The notes below the pieces were generated by a model, which had not been told where the DNA came from, ran no database searches, and saw only the letters and a list, made by a program, of their open reading frames with translations. DNA of 64,000 nucleotides from Rhodospirillales bacterium. Lineage in GTDB: Bacteria; Pseudomonadota; Alphaproteobacteria; Rhodospirillales; UBA2165. This document shows positions 46,335 to 56,051 of the stretch, one piece after another; position 1 is the stretch's first letter; every line of letters begins with the position of its first letter. The DNA is taken from assembly GCA_022822205.1 (NCBI GenBank), contig JAJECC010000099.1, positions 15,885 through 79,884 on the forward strand. The letters are read 5' to 3'. Position numbers and translations under genes: made by a program.

Positions 46335-46787
46335 ATGAGAATAGTCGTTCCTATTCTGCTCGCGCTGATTGCTGTTATCGCGGCCCCGGCGAACGCGCAG
46401 AAGAAGGGGTTGCGGACCGAATTGATCGATGCCCAGAAAATCATTGACCAATGCTGGGCGATTTCGCTGGAAGACCGCTCGTCGGGCAATACACAGCGCC
46501 ACCGGGCGGGGCATTTGGAGACTGCCCTTTGCCTGGAAAAAGCCATCGTCGCGAACGCCAGCCAAATACTGCGCGGCCCGGAATACACCGCTGAAAATCT
46601 GAAGAAGAAGTTCTTGGATCTTCGATTTCTGTACGGCCGATTTTATTGGGACCTCAATACGAACAATCGCGGATGCGATCCATTTTGCGGTACCGAGAAC
46701 AATGTTACCCATAACTGGGAGTTAGCAAAGCTCTACGAGGGAATCCTCAAAGATGTAATCGAGAAGAGAAATCGTTACCGATACTAA
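46335..46787 (+). CDS. small secreted Cys-containing hypothetical protein
   Basis: 150 aa. Signal peptide MRIVVPILLALIAVIAAPANAQ. Four Cys (DQCW, ALCLEK, RGCDPFCG), predicted helical. About 47% GC on a sampled line. Confidence 0.55.
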   Translation: MRIVVPILLALIAVIAAPANAQKKGLRTELIDAQKIIDQCWAISLEDRSSGNTQRHRAGHLETALCLEKAIVANASQILRGPEYTAENLKKKFLDLRFLYGRFYWDLNTNNRGCDPFCGTENNVTHNWELAKLYEGILKDVIEKRNRYRY

Positions 46788-46825
46788 GTCTCCGTTTTTC
46801 AATTCGTAGGGGCAATGCCAATTCC

Positions 46826-48028
46826 CTACTCCGCTCCGTTGCGAATCAGGTATGACCGTGCGCGTGGCAGCCAACCTGGGTTGTCCCCGAACTCTGGTTG
46901 CCGCCTCATGTACTCCATCCTTTTCCCGACAACCCGATCGTTGATTTCTACAATGAGGCCTTCACGCACAGCCCTAGCCACTGCCGTCCGCGTCTTGGAA
47001 CCGATGATTCCATCATAGTTGGATACTCCCCAATTGGGATCAGGCTCGGTCAAATCCGTACCAAGGACTTCATCCAATGCCTCTTGAAGCCATACACCTG
47101 CATTGTCGGCCCCATGAAGGATATTGGAGTCAAATATTTGCTCGGCGAGTTGGGGTGCCGCTTCCTGTAGACCCGGAACTGCCGCCAATTTATCCACCTG
47201 AGGCAGAAGAAAGTACTCTTTCCGGAATATTTCTGTGATCTGAGAGTCTGACAGGTCGCGAGACCTCTCCGGCAGATAACGATATTCAGGCTTTTTCGCC
47301 CTCAGCGCGTCGAGGGCCTCTTGTGACATCCCCTTCTGGGTCGGGCCACCGGGGTCCTCGGATTTCGATCTGTCTGCGAAGCCACCCTCGCGCGGTCGTA
47401 GGCGTTCCCGATATTTAAGGAACAGTAAATCTGCGTCACTTGGTTGAGTAGGTGGGGGCGTTGGTTTCCTCCCCGGCACGGGTATCGCCGAACCCGATGC
47501 ACGGAACTGCGTCAGCGCGTCCGTGGCTTGATTGATCCGATGCGGCTCGTCCCGGCCGATGGGGCCCGGAACGGACGGTGGTGGCGGCGGTTTGATCCTG
47601 GGCCGCGGTGGTTGAGGAAGGGTATTGCCTGCATGATCCAGCGTTCCCAATGTGACTGGCCTTTGCCTGTTTGGTGGACGGGTCGATGCCGCCGGTTTCG
47701 TCTGCGTGGTTGCTTGGCCGATGGCGCCCCACGGCCAGGGGTTGCCCGCCGATGTCGGCGTGGGCCCGGCCAGCGACATGTTCAGCCGCTCGGCCAGTTT
47801 GGCCGCCGTCGGACCCCGGGTGCGCATGAAGCCGTCGACGGCGAGGTGATTGCCCCGCTGGAAGCGTTCCAGTCCGGCGTAAATGTCACTTACCGGATTG
47901 GTGGACCCGAAAACCGGCTTCCGCATCACGCCGAGGCGCCGCAAGGCCCGGTCCACCAGATTGGCGTCGTCGGGATCGTCCAGCATGCCTTTGCCGAACG
48001 ACGTGTTCAGTGGAAAGAAAATACTCAT
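46826..48028 (-). CDS. GH108-like muramidase with PG_binding_1-like and PG_binding_3-like modules
   Basis: 400 aa with no signal peptide. The N-terminus has LERFQRGNHLAVDGFMRTRGPTAAKL. A Pro-rich linker follows. REGGFADRSKSEDPGGPTQKGMSQ compares with the GH108 pattern EGGY.DDP.DPGG.T..GI. The C-terminus has DGIIGSKTRTAV...NPGWLPRA. Confidence 0.6.
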   Translation of the reverse strand: MSIFFPLNTSFGKGMLDDPDDANLVDRALRRLGVMRKPVFGSTNPVSDIYAGLERFQRGNHLAVDGFMRTRGPTAAKLAERLNMSLAGPTPTSAGNPWPWGAIGQATTQTKPAASTRPPNRQRPVTLGTLDHAGNTLPQPPRPRIKPPPPPSVPGPIGRDEPHRINQATDALTQFRASGSAIPVPGRKPTPPPTQPSDADLLFLKYRERLRPREGGFADRSKSEDPGGPTQKGMSQEALDALRAKKPEYRYLPERSRDLSDSQITEIFRKEYFLLPQVDKLAAVPGLQEAAPQLAEQIFDSNILHGADNAGVWLQEALDEVLGTDLTEPDPNWGVSNYDGIIGSKTRTAVARAVREGLIVEINDRVVGKRMEYMRRQPEFGDNPGWLPRARSYLIRNGAE

Positions 48029-48155
48029 GGATTTCGCCCAGATTGCATTGAATTAACCATAATTTATTTCTAAGAATTGAGAAATCAAGGGGTGGAATTG
48101 TAATTTTGGTTTGGGCGAAGGGACGGTTTCGGGACCCAACGAATCCCAAATTCTC

Positions 48156-48183
48156 TTGACCGCCGCACCGCAATTATTATGCT
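48156..48183 (+). promoter_or_regulatory. sigma70-like promoter for the metZ leader
   Basis: TTGACC (48156-48161), a 16-nt spacer, then TATGCT (48178-48183). It ends just before the riboswitch-like element. Confidence 0.45.
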
Positions 48184-48187
48184 CAAC

Positions 48188-48248
48188 GCCACGTGGTGAT
48201 TTGTTCGACCGGCTTGCGGCCACGTTAAACAAACGAGCTAAAAGGTCG
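48188..48248 (+). promoter_or_regulatory. SAM-II (metA-motif) riboswitch candidate
   Basis: The P1 stem pairs ACGUGG (48191-48196) with CCACGU (48220-48225). The loop carries UGAUUU...GGCUUG. The 3' tail UAAACAAACGAGCUAAAAGG can pair with the loop as a pseudoknot (GGCUUG with CGAGCU). It lies upstream of metZ in an alphaproteobacterial context. Confidence 0.6.
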
Positions 48249-48260
48249 GCGCTGAGGAAG

Positions 48261-48295
48261 CCCCGACCGTCACCGGCCGGGGTTTTTGCTTTTTC
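48261..48295 (+). terminator. intrinsic terminator-like hairpin in the metZ leader
   Basis: CCCCGACCG...CGGCCGGGG stem followed by TTTTTGCTTTTT. It lies between the riboswitch-like element and the metZ RBS. Confidence 0.55.
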
Positions 48296-48352
48296 GCGAA
48301 CGCCCGGGCCGCCGGAAAAGAGGCATGAGGAGCCAAAAGGGAGGTGTGCGTT

Positions 48353-49549
48353 ATGCCCAAGGACAGCGCGGACGGCAGGAAATACCGTCCACAAACCAAT
48401 CTGGTGCGGGGCGGGCTCGACCGCTCCCACTTCGACGAGCTCTCGGAGGCCATGTATCTGAGCTCCAGCTACGCCTATGAATCCGCGGAGCAGGCGCAGC
48501 GGGCCTTCAAGGGCGAGGAAGACCATTATCTCTATTCCCGTTACGGCAACCCGACCGTCACGTTGTTCGAGGAGCGCCTCGGGCAGATGGAGGGCGCCCG
48601 GATCTGCCAGTCCACCGCCTCCGGCATGGGCGCCATGTTCGGCTCCCTGGCCTGCATGTTGAAGGCCGGCGACCGGCTGGTGGCTTCCAAGGCTTTGTTC
48701 GGGTCGTGCGACTACGTCTGTACGGTGCTGCTGCCCCGCTACGGGGTGGAGACGGTGACCGTGGCGTCGTCCGACCTGGACGAGTGGGAGCGGGCGCTGT
48801 CGGAGCCGACCAATGCGGTGTTCCTGGAAAGCCCGTCCAACCCCATGACCCAGGTGCTGGATATTCCGGGGATCGCCGATCTGGCCCACAAGGCGGGCGC
48901 CCGGCTGATCGTCGATAACGTGTTCGCCACACCCGTCTTCCAGAAGCCCCTGGAGTTCGGCGCCGACATCGTCATGTACTCGACCACCAAACACATCGAC
49001 GGTCAGGGACGGACCCTCGGCGGGGCGATCCTCACCAATGACGAGGATTATTACGAAGACTATCTCCGCATGTATATCCGCCATACCGGCCCGACCTTGA
49101 GCCCGTTCAACGCCTGGGTGCTGACCAAGTCCCTGGAGACCCTCGACATGCGGGTCCGCCAGCAGGCCGCCAACGCGACCCGGATCGCCGACTGGCTCTT
49201 GGATCAAAAACGGATCACCAAGGTGATCTTCCCCGGCCACGACAGCCATCCCCAGGCGGACCTGATCAGGAAGCAGATGAGCGGCCCCGGCACCATGGTG
49301 GTGTTCGAACTCGACGGCGACCAGGCCCGGACGTTCAAATTCATGAACGCGCTCCAGGTCATCGACATCTCCAACAATCTGGGCGACGCCAAAAGCATGG
49401 TCACCCACCCGACCACCACCACCCACCAGCGGATGAGCGAAGAGGAACGCGCGACGCTGGGCATTCACGAAAACATGGTGCGCCTCTCGGTGGGCCTCGA
49501 GGATCCGCTGGATCTGATCGAAGACATCGAACAGGCGCTGAGCGCGTAG
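48353..49549 (+). CDS. metZ: O-succinylhomoserine sulfhydrylase (Cys/Met PLP enzyme)
   Basis: ATG 48353, 8 nt after GGGAGG. PLP-lysine block YSTTKHIDGQG. Confidence 0.85.
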   Translation: MPKDSADGRKYRPQTNLVRGGLDRSHFDELSEAMYLSSSYAYESAEQAQRAFKGEEDHYLYSRYGNPTVTLFEERLGQMEGARICQSTASGMGAMFGSLACMLKAGDRLVASKALFGSCDYVCTVLLPRYGVETVTVASSDLDEWERALSEPTNAVFLESPSNPMTQVLDIPGIADLAHKAGARLIVDNVFATPVFQKPLEFGADIVMYSTTKHIDGQGRTLGGAILTNDEDYYEDYLRMYIRHTGPTLSPFNAWVLTKSLETLDMRVRQQAANATRIADWLLDQKRITKVIFPGHDSHPQADLIRKQMSGPGTMVVFELDGDQARTFKFMNALQVIDISNNLGDAKSMVTHPTTTTHQRMSEEERATLGIHENMVRLSVGLEDPLDLIEDIEQALSA

Positions 49550-49559
49550 GGAGGCGGGC

Positions 49560-49979
49560 ATGGCTGACGGATATGCAGGAGACGTTTCGCCCGGGGACGC
49601 ATGGGACTGGCTCGAGGGCGATGCCGATACGGTGCTGGTGGACTGCCGCACGGCGGCCGAATGGAATTATGTGGGCCTCCCCGACCTCACCGGGCTGGGC
49701 AAGGCGACCGTCACCGTCGAGTGGGTGGATTTTCCCGCCAACGAGCGGAACCCGAACTTCGTCGATCAGGTCAGGGCGGCGGGGATCGGCCCCGATCAGC
49801 GGGTGCTGTTCCTCTGCCGCTCGGGCGTGCGCTCCATCGGCGCCGCCAAGGCGCTGACCGAGGCCGGGTACGGTCGGGCCTACAACGTTTTGGAGGGCTT
49901 CGAGGGCGACAAGGACGATGCCGGCCACCGGGCGACGGTGGGCGGCTGGAAGGCCGCCGGGCTCCCCTGGAGGCAATAG
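49560..49979 (+). CDS. single-domain rhodanese (sulfurtransferase)
   Basis: 139 aa. Active-site loop CRSGVRS. It starts 10 nt after the metZ stop. Confidence 0.8.
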   Translation: MADGYAGDVSPGDAWDWLEGDADTVLVDCRTAAEWNYVGLPDLTGLGKATVTVEWVDFPANERNPNFVDQVRAAGIGPDQRVLFLCRSGVRSIGAAKALTEAGYGRAYNVLEGFEGDKDDAGHRATVGGWKAAGLPWRQ

Positions 49980-50074
49980 GCGGCAAAACCCCTTGGCGGG
50001 AGAGTCATTGAGGGTGTAATACCGCCCCATGATCCCAATTTTCGTGGCCCAGCAACCGCCGGCAACCGTCCCGA

Positions 50075-50836
50075 ATGGCAGATCCAGGTAGTTCCGGAGG
50101 CACCCGGACCGCGGCCCTGTCCGTGGTGGTGCCGGTGCACAATGAAGCCGACAATATCGAGCCCCTGGTGAGCGAGATCGCCGGCGCGCTCGGCGGCAAG
50201 CTCGCCTACGAGATCGTTTATGTGGATGACGGCTCCACCGACGGCACCTGGGCGGCGTTGGAAAGCGCCGCCGCCAGCCGGCCCGAACTCCGCGCCGTGC
50301 GTCATGCCGCGCGGTCGGGGCAGAGCTCGGCCATTATCACCGGCGTCCGCCAGGCCAAATCCCCGGTCATCGCCACCCTCGACGGAGATGGGCAGAATGA
50401 CCCGGCCGATATCCCGAAGCTTCTGTCCGAATACGAAGGCCGGGACGCGGGCTCCAAACTCATGGTCTGCGGCAACCGGGCGAGCCGCAAGGACACGGGC
50501 CGGCGGCGGTTCGCCTCCCGCATCGCCAACACTGTCCGGGGCGGGCTGCTCCGGGACAAAACCCCGGACACGGGCTGCGGACTCAAGGTCTTCGCCCGGG
50601 ACGATTTCCTGGGCCTTCCCGCCTTCGATCATCTGCACCGCTTCATGCCGGCCCTGATGATCCGCGCCGGCGGGGCGGTGACGTCCGTGGATGTGGGGCA
50701 CCGGCCGCGGCAACGGGGGGTCTCCAAATACGGGGTGTGGGACAGGCTGTGGGTGGGGATCGTCGATCTCGCCGGTCTGCTGTGGCTGATCCGGCGGCCG
50801 ACCCGCCACGATATCGACCGGCGCATCGGCGGCTGA
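50075..50836 (+). CDS. family 2 glycosyltransferase, polyprenyl-phosphate sugar synthase-like
   Basis: 253 aa. Motif VVVPVHNEADNI...YVDDGSTDGT with a C-terminal TM segment. Confidence 0.75.
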   Translation: MADPGSSGGTRTAALSVVVPVHNEADNIEPLVSEIAGALGGKLAYEIVYVDDGSTDGTWAALESAAASRPELRAVRHAARSGQSSAIITGVRQAKSPVIATLDGDGQNDPADIPKLLSEYEGRDAGSKLMVCGNRASRKDTGRRRFASRIANTVRGGLLRDKTPDTGCGLKVFARDDFLGLPAFDHLHRFMPALMIRAGGAVTSVDVGHRPRQRGVSKYGVWDRLWVGIVDLAGLLWLIRRPTRHDIDRRIGG

Positions 50837-50838
50837 GC

Positions 50839-51558
50839 ATGCTCAACCCCAAATTCGTCATCCGCGGCCTCGCCGTCATTGTCGCCCTGGTGCTGCTGGG
50901 CATGGGCTTGCGCGTTCTCGGCGTCGATCAGGAATCCGGCGCCGAACTGATCGACAGGTGGGTCCGGGATCAGGGCCTTACCGGCGAGGCGCTGTTTGTC
51001 CTGGCCGCCGGTCTGGCGACGGCCTTTGCGCTCCCCCGGCAGTTGGTGGCGTTTCTGGGCGGCTACGCCTTCGGCCTGGCCGAAGGGACGCTGCTCGCGG
51101 TCGCGGGCGCCGCGTTGGGCTGTGCGCTGACCTTCATGTTCGCCCGCTGGGTGGCCCGGGACTGGGTATCCCGGCACCTGCCCGCGCGCATCCGGAAGGC
51201 CGACGCCTTCTTTCTCGAACATACATTTTCCATGACCCTGCTGATCCGGCTGCTGCCCGCCGGCAGCAACTTCCTGACCAATCTGGCCGCCGGTGTGTCA
51301 AGCGCCAGGTTTCCTTTGTTCCTGGCCGGCTCGGCCATCGGCTACATCCCGCAGATGGTGGTGTTCGCGCTTCTGGGCAGCGGCATCAATCTCGATCCGG
51401 CATTGCGGATTTCCGGCAGCGTCGTGTTGTTCTTTGTTTCCGCCGGGCTCGGGATTTATCTCTTCCGGCGGTTCCGGCACGGCCACACCTTCGACCGCGC
51501 CGTCGATGAAGCGGTCGAGGCCGATGAGGCCCGGGCCGAAGATAATCCGACGGCGTAG
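50839..51558 (+). CDS. TVP38/TMEM64 (DedA-related) membrane protein
   Basis: ATG 50839, 2 nt after the GT2 stop. 239 aa, multi-TM. Family pattern (F..R..P..P....N..AG.S...F..F). Confidence 0.65.
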   Translation: MLNPKFVIRGLAVIVALVLLGMGLRVLGVDQESGAELIDRWVRDQGLTGEALFVLAAGLATAFALPRQLVAFLGGYAFGLAEGTLLAVAGAALGCALTFMFARWVARDWVSRHLPARIRKADAFFLEHTFSMTLLIRLLPAGSNFLTNLAAGVSSARFPLFLAGSAIGYIPQMVVFALLGSGINLDPALRISGSVVLFFVSAGLGIYLFRRFRHGHTFDRAVDEAVEADEARAEDNPTA

Positions 51559-51585
51559 TTGGCGCGGGCTCGGGCCGTGCCCCCC

Positions 51586-51855
51586 TCAATGCAAATGCAT
51601 TGAACTGTCTATGATCCTGTATTCGGCCGGTTTGATCAGTTCCCTGGAGGCGATCTTCACCGAGTGGAGTTTGCCGTCCAGGCTTTCCTGCCAGTATTTC
51701 AGGAATTTGCGGATGGCGGGGAAATTGGGCGCCAGGTCCATGGTCTGCCAGATGAAGGTCTGCAACAGCTCCGGATGGTCCGGCAGGTGGTAAAGGATTT
51801 CGGCGGTGGTCAGGCGGTAGCCGTTCAGTTGTTTCTCGAAATCGCGATGTCTCAT
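51586..51855 (-). CDS. Usg-family protein
   Basis: ATG 51853-51855 with GGAG upstream. 89 aa: MRHRDFEKQLNGYRLTTAEILYHLPDHPELLQTFIWQ. Confidence 0.65.
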   Translation of the reverse strand: MRHRDFEKQLNGYRLTTAEILYHLPDHPELLQTFIWQTMDLAPNFPAIRKFLKYWQESLDGKLHSVKIASRELIKPAEYRIIDSSMHLH

Positions 51856-52021
51856 GATTTTCTCCGTCACAAGCACGCCACGACAAAAGTGTGGAGCAGT
51901 CCGGCGATCCGAATCAACAAAAATCGTTCTAAATCAAGGGATTGGCACCGATCCTGGGAGAGTGCTGCCAATCCGTGCCGCGGGCCGGCAAAATGCTCGA
52001 AAAAAAAATGCCGACAAGGCC

Positions 52022-52049
52022 TTGACGATTGAAAACATTGAACTAAATT
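52022..52049 (+). promoter_or_regulatory. groESL promoter candidate with upstream A-tract
   Basis: TTGACG (52022-52027), a 16-nt spacer, then TAAATT (52044-52049). An A9 run lies at 52000-52008 in an UP-element-like position. Confidence 0.45.
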
Positions 52050-52051
52050 CC

Positions 52052-52078
52052 CTGGCAGTCCGAGGCCGAGAGTGCTAA
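52052..52078 (+). promoter_or_regulatory. CIRCE-like HrcA operator
   Basis: CTGGCAGTC-N9-GAGTGCTAA. The right arm matches the consensus GAGTGCTAA 9/9. The left arm matches TTAGCACTC 6/9. The 9-nt spacing is exact. It lies 37 nt before the groES ATG. Confidence 0.55.
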
Positions 52079-52114
52079 TTCGGCGTGGATTTCAGTGGAA
52101 AATGGAGGAATACA

Positions 52115-54101
<1,987 letters not shown>

Positions 54102-54123
54102 GCCGCCTGATCGTTACAAAGAG

Positions 54124-54155
54124 GGGCCGCATCTTTCGGATGCGGCCCTTTTTTT
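54124..54155 (+). terminator. rho-independent terminator of groESL
   Basis: GGGCCGCATC, a tetraloop region, GATGCGGCCC, then T7. Confidence 0.85.
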
Positions 54156-54209
54156 ACTCCGCCGCGGAGATTTGATTGGCGAACGAATCCGGGCTTGCTA
54201 CAAGGCGCC

Positions 54210-56051
54210 ATGTCTCAGTTCCTCTCCTATTTCTATGGCGGTCTGCCCCAATTGGCGGGGTTGTTCTCCGCATCCTTGGTTTGGCTCGGCTTGGCCGCCA
54301 TCGGACGCGTTGTTGCGCCGCGGGGGCTGTCGGTGGCCGCGCCGGTATTCGGGTGGGGCGTGGCAAATGCGGTCTTCACGCTGTTTGGGGTCTGGACGGG
54401 AATCTCTTTCACCGTCCTGGCGGCCATTCTGGCGGCTTTGGCTGCCGGCTGTTCCGTCGTTGTGCTTCGACGCGAGGGGATTGCCCCGCTGCAGGCGCCG
54501 GCAATGCTGGGGGCGCTTGCTCTGCCGTTGCTTATCCTGGTATCCGCAATGGGCGCGTCGCAATGGGATGAGTTTTCCCATTGGCTGCCAAGCGCCAAAT
54601 TCCTGTTGTTCCATGATGGATTTCCGGGGATGGATGCCGCGGAGACCGGAGCCAGCTTCCCCGCTTATCCATATGGTTGGCCGTTGCTGATTTACCTCGG
54701 CGCCGTGCTTGCCGGACCTGCGATCGAAAATGTCGGACCCCTGCTCAACCTGATGATGCTTCTCGGCTTCGGCGTGGTGATTTTGGACGTCGTCCGGCGC
54801 ACGGTACCGGGAATTTCCGGCGCTGCATTCGGTTGGCCCGCCCTCGCCCTCGCGGCGCTGGCCGTTACCGTCCTCAATCCGACCTTTGTGCAGAAGCTCG
54901 TCCTGACCTCGTATTCGGAAACGTCGACCATGGTATCCGTCGGCGTTGCCGGTGTGCTTGCCTGGATGCTGCTGAACCAGCTCGCCGACCAAGAACGGGC
55001 CGATGGTGCGCTGGTATGGCAGTGGGCGCTGACGCTCATCGTGCTGGTAAACACCCGGGCCACGAACATCATCTTTTTCGCGATTTTCGTGCTGGCATGG
55101 CTGCTCATTTCAGGGCGGGACGGGAAGATTGCCTTCCCCCGTGCGGTCATGGTTCTCGCGGCGGCGGCGGTGCCGGCGATGATCGTCTATGGTTCCTGGC
55201 GGCTCCACGTTGCGACGGAACTGCCCGGCGCGGAGCTGACGATCCGGCCGGTCGAAACCTGGTTCATTGGTCTTATTCCCGACATCCTTGCCGGCATGGC
55301 GCTTGTCGCGTCGAAGAAGGGCGTCTTTTTCGCTCTGATGCTGATCGTCCTCGGTTTCGGCATTCGGGGCATCATTCGCTGCCGCACCGAGCTGGACCGC
55401 TTCGCCGTAATCGCGAGCGGCGTCTTCCTGGGTTTCAATGTGTTTCTGCTGTTTGCCTATGTCGCATCCTTCGGGCAGTCGGACGCGCTGCGGACGGCAT
55501 CCTATTGGCGGTATAACACCCATATGGGTCTGATCGGGCTGGTCTTTCTGTCGATGGCCGTTGCCATTCTCTGGCACCGTTTGAATCCGGCGCCGGTCTT
55601 TGGTCTATGGCTGAAACGATTGTCCATCGTTCTGATCCTTGTCCTGCCCATCGTGCTTGTACAAAAGATCAGGTTCGATCTCGAACCGCCGAAACCGCAT
55701 TTCCGGGCGGTCGCCGCGGCGTTGGCGGACGCCATTCCAGGCGGCGCGCGCTATTTTGTCCTGGACCCGCGCGGTACAGGGGAATCGCATGTCATTACCA
55801 ATTTCAGCCTGTGGCCTGCACGGCGGTCCGTTGGCTATCTCGCGGCTGTTCACAGGATTTCCGAGGATGCGTTGACCCGGTCACTGAGCCGGCCGCGGAT
55901 AACCCACATTGTCCTCCATTCGGTAACCGATGAGGTGCGGCGCTTCTTCGATCTCGAGCTGGCCGGCGACCGGTCGTACCTGCTTGCCCGCAGGGGGACG
56001 GATTGGAGGATTGATGCCGAGTGGCCTTATCCGCCGCGGCACAGGTTCTAG
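54210..56051 (+). CDS. large polytopic membrane protein, possibly a GT-C-fold glycosyltransferase
   Basis: About 613 aa from ATG 54210 (TTG 54195 is an alternative), with at least 12 predicted TM segments. An acidic loop motif after the early TM segments (SQWDEFSHW) is reminiscent of GT-C enzymes. The C-terminal ~130 aa are soluble. Confidence 0.4.
   Translation: MSQFLSYFYGGLPQLAGLFSASLVWLGLAAIGRVVAPRGLSVAAPVFGWGVANAVFTLFGVWTGISFTVLAAILAALAAGCSVVVLRREGIAPLQAPAMLGALALPLLILVSAMGASQWDEFSHWLPSAKFLLFHDGFPGMDAAETGASFPAYPYGWPLLIYLGAVLAGPAIENVGPLLNLMMLLGFGVVILDVVRRTVPGISGAAFGWPALALAALAVTVLNPTFVQKLVLTSYSETSTMVSVGVAGVLAWMLLNQLADQERADGALVWQWALTLIVLVNTRATNIIFFAIFVLAWLLISGRDGKIAFPRAVMVLAAAAVPAMIVYGSWRLHVATELPGAELTIRPVETWFIGLIPDILAGMALVASKKGVFFALMLIVLGFGIRGIIRCRTELDRFAVIASGVFLGFNVFLLFAYVASFGQSDALRTASYWRYNTHMGLIGLVFLSMAVAILWHRLNPAPVFGLWLKRLSIVLILVLPIVLVQKIRFDLEPPKPHFRAVAAALADAIPGGARYFVLDPRGTGESHVITNFSLWPARRSVGYLAAVHRISEDALTRSLSRPRITHIVLHSVTDEVRRFFDLELAGDRSYLLARRGTDWRIDAEWPYPPRHRF

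Noticed and set aside
48053-48067. CtrA-box-like TTAA-N7-TTAT upstream of the muramidase gene
   Set aside because: It is a single 7/8 match in an AT-rich stretch, where such matches are expected by chance.
46240-48100. Prophage or integrative element
   Set aside because: The low-GC islet has no integrase, tRNA target, flanking direct repeats, holin or structural genes. Only two genes are present, so I treat it as an islet of unknown origin.
48053-49651. 532-aa minus-strand ORF opposite metZ
   Set aside because: It is antisense to a PLP enzyme with a clear lysine motif and RBS, and it would also run through the riboswitch-like leader.
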